From: a virus
Lineage: Duplodnaviria; Caudoviricetes
Strand: one strand, 5' to 3'
Length of the DNA stretch: 25,000 bases
IMG/VR virus record: IMGVR_UViG_3300038675_000977
Span: 1 to 25,000 of that record
Both the position numbers and the translations under genes were made by a program. Of this stretch, positions 16,770 through 24,251 are shown piece after piece. The notes below the pieces were generated by a model. That model was not told where the DNA came from and did not search any database. It saw only the letters and a list, made by a program, of their open reading frames with translations. The stretch's first letter is position 1, and every line of letters begins with the position of its first letter.

Positions 16770-18295
16770 TGGTAAGGCTGAAAGTAAATGAACGCGAGGC
16801 GCTGCGGCAGTGGGATGAGTTCCGCCGCGAAATTGCCGAAGCCACCACGGTCGACAACTTCGAAAGCCATGGCGACAAGCTGGCGCGTATTGCCCGCCTG
16901 GAAGCCAACCCCGAAGCCTGGTTCAAATATTACTTTCCGCACTATTATAAAAGCGAACCCGCACCGTTTCATAAACGCGCCACACGGCGGCTGTTTGCCA
17001 ACCCGCGCTGGTACGAAGTGCGGGCATGGAGCCGCGAGCTTGCCAAGTCGGTGCGCTCCATGTTCGAAATACTGAACCTTGCCATGACCGGCGAAATTCG
17101 TAACATCCTGCTTATTTCGAACAGCCAGGACAATGCCGAACGCCTGCTGCTGCCTTTTCAGATTGAACTGGAAAGCAACCTGCGCATCCGTAACGACTAC
17201 GGCACACAGGAGAAACCTGGGAGCTGGGAAACCGGCGAGTTTACCACCCTCAAAGGGGTTTCGTTCCGTGCATTGGGTGCAGGGCAAAGTCCGCGTGGTA
17301 CGCGCAACGAAGCCATTCGCCCCGACTTTATTTTAATCGACGACATTGATACCGACGAGGAAACCCGAAACCCCGAGCGTATAAAAACAAAGTGGGCATG
17401 GATAGAACAGGCGCTGATACCAACGGTATCGGTGTCGGGAAATTACCGCATCCTTTTTAACGGCAACATTATTGCCCGCGACTGCTGCATTACCCGCGCC
17501 ATTGAAAAGGCAAACCATGCCGACATTATCAACATCCGCGACAAAAATGGGAAGTCGGTGTGGGAAAAAAACTCGGAGGAAGACATCGACCAGATACTTG
17601 CGATGGTGAGCACCGCCAGCGCGCAGAAGGAGTTTTTTAATAATCCGTTGAGCGAGGGCGACACGTTTAAGGAAATGACCTGGGGAAAGGTTCCCGACAT
17701 GAAATACCTGCGCTTCCTGGTAGCCTATGGCGACCCCGCGCCCAGCAACACGAAAAACGGAAAAGGGAGCTACAAATCGCTTTTCCTGGTTGGCTCGCAC
17801 GGCGGAAAATTCTACGTGTTTACCGGTTACTTAGACCACGTGGTGAACGACGAATTTGTAAACTGGTATTACTACCTGAAAACATACGTGAACGAACGCA
17901 CACAGGTGTACAATTATATTGAAAACAACACCCTGCAAGACCCGTTCTACGAGCAGGTGTTTATCCCGCTGTTTGCGCAAAAAGCAAAGGAAAACGGTTT
18001 TATCGGCATTTTGCCCGATAACCGCAAAAAGCCCGATAAGTTCAGCCGCATTGAAGGAAACCTCGAACCGCTAAACCGGCAGGGATTATTAATACTGAAC
18101 GAAGCTGAAAAAGACAACCCGCACATGAAAAGGCTGTTCGAGCAGTTCCTTTTGGTGAACGCGCAGATGAAAGCCCCTGCCGACGGCCCCGACTGCGTGG
18201 AAGGCGCCGTATGGATTATCAACGAGAAAATGGCAGCCCTGACGGCTGGAAATTATACCATTGGAAAAACTGGCTTAAACAAAAAACGTTTTTAA
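16769..18295 (+). CDS. Terminase large subunit
   Basis: Variant Walker A WSRELAKS, GQSPRG, Walker B RPDFILIDD, nuclease YGDPA and DGPDCVEG. Confidence 0.92.
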   Translation: MVRLKVNEREALRQWDEFRREIAEATTVDNFESHGDKLARIARLEANPEAWFKYYFPHYYKSEPAPFHKRATRRLFANPRWYEVRAWSRELAKSVRSMFEILNLAMTGEIRNILLISNSQDNAERLLLPFQIELESNLRIRNDYGTQEKPGSWETGEFTTLKGVSFRALGAGQSPRGTRNEAIRPDFILIDDIDTDEETRNPERIKTKWAWIEQALIPTVSVSGNYRILFNGNIIARDCCITRAIEKANHADIINIRDKNGKSVWEKNSEEDIDQILAMVSTASAQKEFFNNPLSEGDTFKEMTWGKVPDMKYLRFLVAYGDPAPSNTKNGKGSYKSLFLVGSHGGKFYVFTGYLDHVVNDEFVNWYYYLKTYVNERTQVYNYIENNTLQDPFYEQVFIPLFAQKAKENGFIGILPDNRKKPDKFSRIEGNLEPLNRQGLLILNEAEKDNPHMKRLFEQFLLVNAQMKAPADGPDCVEGAVWIINEKMAALTAGNYTIGKTGLNKKRF

Positions 18296-18297
18296 TT

Positions 18298-18597
18298 ATG
18301 ATTTTAATACGAATCAAACTGTATTTAAAAGCCCTTTTTATTCGTTTTAAAGGGCGGCCTGCGGCGCTTAAAAAAGCCATACGCCGGGCAGATAAACTGT
18401 GCCGTAAAAACCGCAAGCGCTACCGTGTACTTTTCCTGGAACAAAAATACCAGGCCATAAGCCGCCCCGAGGTGCAGCAGAAAAAACACCGCGGCGAGTG
18501 GGGCCGTAACGTTAACGTTACCAAATTAGACCCGCTCTGCTTTTACGACACCCTCACCGGACTTTCGCCGGAAGGACAGCGAATTATTAATCATTAA
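18298..18597 (+). CDS. Basic hypothetical protein
   Basis: ATG 2 nt after the terminase stop; Lys/Arg-rich, 99 aa. Confidence 0.6.
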   Translation: MILIRIKLYLKALFIRFKGRPAALKKAIRRADKLCRKNRKRYRVLFLEQKYQAISRPEVQQKKHRGEWGRNVNVTKLDPLCFYDTLTGLSPEGQRIINH

Positions 18598-18614
18598 TCA
18601 ATAATCATTAATCA
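18587..18614. repeat. Heptamer tandem repeat (TTAATCA x4, one variant)
   Basis: TTAATCA TTAATCA ATAATCA TTAATCA. Confidence 0.85.
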
Positions 18615-18620
18615 ATTAAA

Positions 18621-19037
18621 ATGGCTTTTCTAACCATCACAGAACTCAAAACCCACCTCTACAACGAAAACGTAGATGTGATAAGCCGCAGCGACGATAC
18701 CATTGTTCAGGCAGCCATCGACGCGGCCATTGCCGAAGCCAAAGGCTACCTTGCCGCGTTTGATGTTACCACGGTGTTTGCCGCCACCGGCAGCAGCCGC
18801 AACGCCCTGCTGCTCGTGTTTGTGAAAGACATTGCCACGTGGCACTTTATTGTGCTGTGTAATGCAGGCGTTGAAATGGAACTGCGGCAAGACCGCTACG
18901 AGCGGGCAGTGGCATGGCTGAAAGCCGTGCAGAAAGGCGACATTGCGCCCGACCTGCCCGCCGCCATCGAAGCCGACGGCGAAACACGCGGCGTAATCAT
19001 TTTTGGAAGCAACACCAAACGGGAACAACATTTTTAA
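18621..19037 (+). CDS. Mu gp36-like (DUF1320) head-tail adaptor
   Basis: AIAEAKGYL, DIATWH and RYERAVAWLKAVQKGDIAPDLP. Confidence 0.85.
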   Translation: MAFLTITELKTHLYNENVDVISRSDDTIVQAAIDAAIAEAKGYLAAFDVTTVFAATGSSRNALLLVFVKDIATWHFIVLCNAGVEMELRQDRYERAVAWLKAVQKGDIAPDLPAAIEADGETRGVIIFGSNTKREQHF

Positions 19038-19039
19038 CG

Positions 19040-19091
19040 GGGTGGCGCGGTTTTTAACCGCGTTAAATGGCGGTTGAAAACCGCCACACCC
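19040..19091. promoter_or_regulatory. Double-hairpin (three-way junction) element upstream of the portal gene
   Basis: CGCGGTT-ttt-AACCGCG (19046-19062) and TGGCGGTT-gaa-AACCGCCA (19068-19086), enclosed by GGGTG/CACCC. Confidence 0.55.
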
Positions 19092-19111
19092 GAAGCTCAA
19101 AGCTAAATAAT

Positions 19112-21571
19112 ATGGCAACAAAAAAACCAGTAACAAAAAAAAGCGAGGCCACGGTAATCAACCAGCTGATTGTGAAAGCGCCGACGCGCAAAACACACGA
19201 CATAGGCGAGTGGCGTAATGCCCTGAAAAGCGCCGACATGGGCCGCACCAAAACGCTGTACGAACTGTTCGACGACCTGCTCATAGACGGGGTGCTGAGC
19301 GACGCCGTTGAAAAACGTATCCTTGCCGTGCTCAACTCGGAGCTTACCTTCCAGGATGCTTCGGGAAAAGACAACGAGGAAATGACAGCCGTTATCGACA
19401 CGCCCGCGTTCGAGGAGATGCTGCGCACCATTATGAACGTGCTGCTGTGGGGCCGTGCAGGCGGTGAGTTAGATTTTGCCAACGGCTTCGGCTTTGTGCC
19501 GTTCGACCCGCGCCACATCTCGCTCGAAACAAAAAATATACTGCTCAACCCAACCGATACAACCGGCATTCCCTACGAGGGCGACGACCACCTGCTGGTT
19601 CTGGGCAAGCCCCGTAACTTTGGCCTGCTGCTGAAAACAGCGCCGTTTGCCATCTGGAAACGCGGTGGCTTTGGCGATTATGCCCAGTGGCTCGAAATCT
19701 TTGGCATGCCGCAGCGCGTGGGCAAATACAGCAGCTACGACCCCGAAAGCCGCAAGCTGCTCGAACAGGCATTAGAACAGGCCGGTTCTGCCCCTTATGT
19801 GGTAATACCAAAGGAAAGCGAGGTGGAAACCACCAACAACACCGGCAGCGGCAGTTCAGGCGTTTCGTACAACGATTTCCGCAAGGCGTGCAACGAAGAG
19901 ATATTGATTACGCTGCTGGGGCAAACCCTCACCACCACGCAGAACGACACCGGTGCCCGCTCGCTGGGCGAGGTGCATAAAGAGGTGGAGGAAAGCAAAA
20001 ACAAGGCCGACATACGCATGGTGCAACGGGTGCTGAACACGCAGGTGCTGCCCCTGTTGGAAAGCCGCGGCTTCCCGGTGTCGGGCGGAAAATTTGTTTT
20101 TCCGGATGCCGCGGTTGACCTTACCGTTACCGACATCGTTCAGCTGAGCGACATCCTTGAAATTCCGCAGAGCTACCTGCACGATAAGTATTCCATTCCG
20201 GTTCCTGAAAACGGCGAACCCATTGCCCGCAGGGCAGCAAGCCCGGCGCCGGTATTACCCGGTGAGGACGACGACGAAGGCGACGACATTAAAAATGCCG
20301 ACCGGACGGTCTTCAGGAGGCTATTCAATTTTTTCGCATTGGCCCCGGCCTCTTTGAGCGCCGGGGCTGGCAGTCACCCCATAAAACTGAATGACGAAAC
20401 GCTGAACGACCGGATTATCAGCCATGCCATTGAACAGGGCGGATTTTTCCCGGAGCTGTTTGAATTCATCAGCGACGACCTGCTTACGGCGCTCACCCGG
20501 AAAGCTGCCCAGCTGGCCGACCTTGGTTTTGAATACGGCTACCAAAGCGATGCTTTCCGCACGGCGCAGGAACTGAACATCTTCCAGTTCAGCGCGGCAA
20601 AGTCGCTGGCCGAAGTGCAGCGCCTGAACGAGCTGTACCGCGAAAGCAAATCGTTTGAAGATTTCTACGCCAAAGCTTCGGCAGAAGTTGACGTGTTCAA
20701 CAAAACATGGCAGCGCACCGAGTGGCAAACGGCTAACCTGCTGAACGAAAGCGCCGAAAACTACAACCGCCTGAACAGCAAAACGCGGCTTTTCCCTTTC
20801 TGGGAATACCGCACCGTGGGCGACGACAAAGTGCGCAAGGAGCACCGCGACATTAACGGAATTATACTTCCAACCGACGACCCGCGCTGGCAAAAGATAT
20901 GGCCGCCCAACGGCTGGAAATGCCGCTGTTATGTGGTAGCCCGTATGCGCCACGAAGTAACCGACACACAGGTGGCCGAAAGCCGCGCCCGGGTGGATGC
21001 CTTTTTTCAGACCGACGAATGGAAACGCGCACAGGCTTCGGGCTTTGGCGTGAACCGCGCCTCGATGCCAGAGGTGTTTGCCGAAAATCAGCAGTACATC
21101 CGCAAGTTTCCGAATCAGGCGAGCAAGCTGCTGAAAGATGTGAACTACCACAGCTACGGCCTGAAAAATTACGAAACGAACCGCAAGGCTGCTACTACGG
21201 CGTTGCCGGTGTACGAAAGTAAACCTGCCGACTTTGTGGCTGCCCTGAAACAGGAAAACGGCGTTTCGCTGGCGACAGACTACAAAGGGCGCACGGTTGA
21301 ATTCGACCTCACCGCCAAAGGCGACAGCCAACTGCTGAAAGCGGCATACGAAACCCTGAAACTACCCGACGAGGTGTGGATAAATGAAGGCAACACCAAA
21401 GTGTTCGACCAGATTATTACGCTGAAATACTACACCGACAAGGTAATGACCGTTACTTCCAGCATAAAAGGCGGGAAGGTGTATAAGGTGAGCCGCTTTG
21501 AAGTGGCAAAGGAAACGGGCGAAAAATACCGCTACCGCCACGGGCTTTTAATTAAAAAACCGCAGCCATGA
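19112..21571 (+). CDS. Portal (DUF935/Mu gp29-like) fused to MuF head-morphogenesis domain and C-terminal nuclease-like extension
   Basis: Portal: EIFGMPQRVGKY, LLGQTLTT, SLGEVHKEV. MuF: EYRTVGDDKVRKEH...PPNGWKCRC. C-terminus: ETLKLPDEVW...KYY...RHGLLI. Start placed at MATKK (19112). Confidence 0.9.
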   Translation: MATKKPVTKKSEATVINQLIVKAPTRKTHDIGEWRNALKSADMGRTKTLYELFDDLLIDGVLSDAVEKRILAVLNSELTFQDASGKDNEEMTAVIDTPAFEEMLRTIMNVLLWGRAGGELDFANGFGFVPFDPRHISLETKNILLNPTDTTGIPYEGDDHLLVLGKPRNFGLLLKTAPFAIWKRGGFGDYAQWLEIFGMPQRVGKYSSYDPESRKLLEQALEQAGSAPYVVIPKESEVETTNNTGSGSSGVSYNDFRKACNEEILITLLGQTLTTTQNDTGARSLGEVHKEVEESKNKADIRMVQRVLNTQVLPLLESRGFPVSGGKFVFPDAAVDLTVTDIVQLSDILEIPQSYLHDKYSIPVPENGEPIARRAASPAPVLPGEDDDEGDDIKNADRTVFRRLFNFFALAPASLSAGAGSHPIKLNDETLNDRIISHAIEQGGFFPELFEFISDDLLTALTRKAAQLADLGFEYGYQSDAFRTAQELNIFQFSAAKSLAEVQRLNELYRESKSFEDFYAKASAEVDVFNKTWQRTEWQTANLLNESAENYNRLNSKTRLFPFWEYRTVGDDKVRKEHRDINGIILPTDDPRWQKIWPPNGWKCRCYVVARMRHEVTDTQVAESRARVDAFFQTDEWKRAQASGFGVNRASMPEVFAENQQYIRKFPNQASKLLKDVNYHSYGLKNYETNRKAATTALPVYESKPADFVAALKQENGVSLATDYKGRTVEFDLTAKGDSQLLKAAYETLKLPDEVWINEGNTKVFDQIITLKYYTDKVMTVTSSIKGGKVYKVSRFEVAKETGEKYRYRHGLLIKKPQP
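20329..20368 (+). promoter_or_regulatory. Candidate programmed -1 ribosomal frameshift signal
   Basis: In-frame T_TTT_TTC (20329-20335), 5-nt spacer, then hairpin GGCCCCGGC-CTC-ttt-GAG-c-GCCGGGGCT (20341-20368); the -1 frame stops at 20392-20394. Confidence 0.65.
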
Positions 21572-22080
21572 CATTCGACGAACTGGGCGACTACTTCCTG
21601 CAACTGCCCGACGAGATTATGACCGACGTGCCCGATATTATTGCCGAAACGGCAACGGAATATTTTAAGGAAACCTTCACAAAAAAAGGGTTCGACGGTA
21701 ATGCGTGGCCGCAGGCAAAAACAACAAAACAAACCGGCTCGCTGATGGTGCAGAGCGGCAACCTGGTAAACAGCATACAGCCCAGCTACATTGGCCGCGA
21801 CAAAGTGGTGATTTCAGCCGGAAACGAGAAAGTGCCTTATGCACAAATTCATAACGAGGGCGGTGAAACCCACCCTACCGTAACGCCAAAAATGAGGAAA
21901 ATGGCGTGGGCAAAATACAAGGCTACCGGCAACGAAACATGGAAGGGTTTGGCAATGACGAAAAAACAAAAACTCGACGTGAAAATTCCGCAGCGCCAGT
22001 TTATGGGCAACAGCAAGGAACTCGCCGCCCGCCTGGTGGAACGAATTGAAGGATTAATTAAAAGTATAATAAACGCTTGA
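21568..22080 (+). CDS. Mu gpG-like virion morphogenesis (tail completion) protein
   Basis: LMVQSGNLVNSI, VPYAQIHNEGG and IPQRQFMG. Confidence 0.9.
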   Translation: MTFDELGDYFLQLPDEIMTDVPDIIAETATEYFKETFTKKGFDGNAWPQAKTTKQTGSLMVQSGNLVNSIQPSYIGRDKVVISAGNEKVPYAQIHNEGGETHPTVTPKMRKMAWAKYKATGNETWKGLAMTKKQKLDVKIPQRQFMGNSKELAARLVERIEGLIKSIINA

Positions 22081-22123
22081 AGCTTGCAGCCAAACACTTG
22101 CAGCTTGCAGCTTGAAGCTAACA
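22075..22123. repeat. Degenerate heptamer tandem repeat (GCTTGCA-like x7)
   Basis: GCTTGAA GCTTGCA GCCAAAC ACTTGCA GCTTGCA GCTTGAA GCTAACA. Confidence 0.85.
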
Positions 22124-22132
22124 GCTATTATT

Positions 22133-22561
22133 ATGAACAAAGAAATTATTGCAGCCATATGCGACCGCCTCGAAGCTGAGGTGGAAGCGCTCCGCTGGAT
22201 TGACATCGACAGCGGACAACTGGAAGTTACCCAACGCCCGGCAGTGGCTTTTCCGGCCTGCCTGGTTGATATGGCCTATCCGCAGTGCGACGACCTTGGC
22301 GGCGGCGCCCAGACGGTTACGGCAAACATTACCCTGCGGCTTGTGTTCGATTCGCCGGGAGCCACCAGCGCAGCCTCGCCGGTGCGCGAACAAAGCCTGG
22401 CTTTTCTGGATACCATAGAGGCTGTGCACGAAGCCCTGCAAGGGTGGAGCACCACGGCGCTGAGCTCCTTCAGCCGCCTAAACGCCCAGCCCGAAAAAAA
22501 CAAAAGCGGCCTGAAGGTGTATCGCATCACCTACCAGACCGCTTTCACAGAGAGCGTATAA
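22133..22561 (+). CDS. Tail terminator/completion-like protein (Mu gp37-like)
   Basis: LRWIDIDSGQLE...RPAVAFPACLVD and VHEALQGW; follows the gpG-like gene. Start placed at MNKEI (22133). Confidence 0.65.
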   Translation: MNKEIIAAICDRLEAEVEALRWIDIDSGQLEVTQRPAVAFPACLVDMAYPQCDDLGGGAQTVTANITLRLVFDSPGATSAASPVREQSLAFLDTIEAVHEALQGWSTTALSSFSRLNAQPEKNKSGLKVYRITYQTAFTESV

Positions 22562-22589
22562 GAGTTGGCAGTTTACAGTCTCAGTTGGC

Positions 22590-22628
22590 AAAAAAAAAGC
22601 CCTGACGCTACGGTCAGGACTTTTTTTT
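22590..22628. terminator. Bidirectional intrinsic terminator between converging operons
   Basis: A-run, GCCCTGAC-gctacg-GTCAGGAC, T-run. Confidence 0.85.
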
Positions 22629-22779
22629 AGTTGAGGTACAACTTTCGTTTGTTGATTTTCACCACCGACTTCGGCGGCTGCAACTGCCGCTGAATTTCGT
22701 CGATACGGCTTTCGAGCCGCTGCCGCTCCTGTATTACCCTCACGAGGCGGCCTAACAGGGTTTCGATAACCGAGTTCAT
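22627..22779 (-). CDS. 50-aa coiled-coil protein coupled to the antirepressor (not in ORF track)
   Basis: MNSVIETLLGRLVRVIQERQRLESRIDEIQRQLQPPKSVVKINKRKLYLN; ATGA overlap with the antirepressor stop; ends at the terminator. Confidence 0.7.
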   Translation of the reverse strand: MNSVIETLLGRLVRVIQERQRLESRIDEIQRQLQPPKSVVKINKRKLYLN

Positions 22780-23426
22780 AAGATGTCCCCTTTCTGCAAG
22801 CCAATAGGTTCGCCAAAACCAAGCGGCAAAACAGGCTGCATGTGCCGTATGGTTTCGCGGTGGTTAACCGTGCTGCGGTGCATGGCCAGCAGGTTGGCCA
22901 TTTCTTCGGTGCAGTACCACAGTTTGTCGAGCTTAACAAAGTGGTTGGGGTAGCGGCTGCGGCGGCTGTAAAGCGTGCCCCCGCCGGTGTAGCCCAGTTT
23001 TTCGGCAATTTTTTTAAAAGGGTACAGTTTGCGACCGTTTAACTCGGTGCTTTTTACCCCTTTAGGTAGAATGCGCCCGGTTTTGTAAGCCTCGCGCATT
23101 TCTTTTTCAACTGCAATAAAGTAACGGCGCACCTGGCGGCCTACATCGTTGCGCTCAATCATGGCTAATTCTTTGGCCATGTCCATGGTGAGGTGGTAAT
23201 CAACTTTGTTTTGACCACCTAATTTGCTTCCCAAAAATGGGAAGCGGTTAGTTTTTCCCAAAATTGGGAAATAGTCTTTTTCTTCTTCAAACCCGAATTC
23301 TTCAATGCGCCGGGTTATCCAGGTAGCAAATTTTGTGGATACTTGTAACTGTGTGTGCAAAAGTCTTGCATCGATTAAAAGGTTATCACCGTTACTTGTG
23401 ATGACCAGTTCGTTTTTATTTTCCAT
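22776..23426 (-). CDS. AntA/AntB-family phage antirepressor
   Basis: IDARLLHTQLQV.TKFATWI.RRIEEFGF...DY and DYHLTMDMAKELAMIERN..GRQVRRYFI.VEK. Confidence 0.92.
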   Translation of the reverse strand: MENKNELVITSNGDNLLIDARLLHTQLQVSTKFATWITRRIEEFGFEEEKDYFPILGKTNRFPFLGSKLGGQNKVDYHLTMDMAKELAMIERNDVGRQVRRYFIAVEKEMREAYKTGRILPKGVKSTELNGRKLYPFKKIAEKLGYTGGGTLYSRRSRYPNHFVKLDKLWYCTEEMANLLAMHRSTVNHRETIRHMQPVLPLGFGEPIGLQKGDIL

Positions 23427-23452
23427 TTGTAAGACATTAAATGGTTAAAAAG

Positions 23453-23542
23453 AACACTGCCCACTTTAGGTGTGTCTTACAATCTTTCGCAGGGCGAAAA
23501 ACCAGCCTAACTTTCGTTTTGGCCACCATAGCAGGCAGTGCC
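23453..23542 (-). ncRNA. Putative C4/CI-like cloverleaf antisense RNA in the antirepressor leader
   Basis: 13-bp closing stem fully paired only on the minus strand (four G-U pairs), internal GAAA-capped hairpin, and a segment complementary to sites at 23588-23603 and 23427-23436. Confidence 0.7.
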
Positions 23543-23607
23543 TTTATTTTTGTTTTAAAAAACTCTCAGTGGATTTGCCCCTGAGTTGAAAGAATGTAAG
23601 ACAAGGG

Positions 23608-23615
23608 CAAATATA
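23608..23615 (-). promoter_or_regulatory. Bacteroidota -7 promoter element for the antirepressor operon
   Basis: Minus strand TATATTTG matches TAnnTTTG, just upstream of the structured leader. Confidence 0.7.
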
Positions 23616-23622
23616 TAAATTT

Positions 23623-24177
23623 TTAATTAAAAACACATTTCCATGTTTTTATTTCCCATTCCTGAAAACCTTTTTTTGTAATGTCGCCACCCATTACCTT
23701 TTCAAGGTATAGAGTTTCACCTGGTTTTACATCAATATATTTAGCGGCATACTTATTTGTGTAGGCAAAATAGTTGTTGTTTGAAAAGGCATTGTATTCC
23801 TTAAAAATAACTATCAAATATCTGCCTGGTGCTACGTTTTTGAATTCACCGTAATTATAGGGTGAATTCAATTCATCGGAAAAATATTTGTAATGTTCTT
23901 TTTCACCTGTATTTAACTCTGCCCATCCTTCTTTTATACTGTAATTAACAGGGTCGCCCATTACATCAGATGGTTGGTAATCGTATGTATTTAGTATGAA
24001 TTCCTTTTCATTGCTGGCGTCGTATAAATAGGCAACCGATAAAACTTCGTCGGGTACATCACCAGGACAAAGGGCTGTGCTTAAACTCCAATATATTGTA
24101 GCAGTGGTTTCGTTATCTTTATTGCACCCAGCCAGCAAAAATAATGCTGTCACTAATATTAGAATAGATTTTTTCAT
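23623..24177 (-). CDS. AT-rich lipoprotein (moron)
   Basis: MKK plus hydrophobic core plus lipobox LAGC, followed by NKDNE. Confidence 0.8.
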   Translation of the reverse strand: MKKSILILVTALFLLAGCNKDNETTATIYWSLSTALCPGDVPDEVLSVAYLYDASNEKEFILNTYDYQPSDVMGDPVNYSIKEGWAELNTGEKEHYKYFSDELNSPYNYGEFKNVAPGRYLIVIFKEYNAFSNNNYFAYTNKYAAKYIDVKPGETLYLEKVMGGDITKKGFQEWEIKTWKCVFN

Positions 24178-24229
24178 GTTGAAATGGTTTTTAAAGGTTA
24201 TTAAAATGTGTAAAATGAGTATTTAGGGT

Positions 24230-24247
24230 GCCGGGTATAACCCCGGC
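24230..24247 (-). terminator. GC hairpin after the 138-aa gene, possible weak terminator
   Basis: GCCGGG-tataac-CCCGGC; no immediate U-tract. Confidence 0.35.
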
Positions 24248-24251
24248 CAAA

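Noticed and set aside
22075-22123. Short repeats as a CRISPR array
   Set aside because: 7-nt tandem units with no unique spacers and no cas genes.
23453-23542. tRNA gene (cloverleaf-like fold)
   Set aside because: No T-loop GTTCRA or D-loop consensus and wrong stem lengths; better explained as an antisense regulatory RNA.
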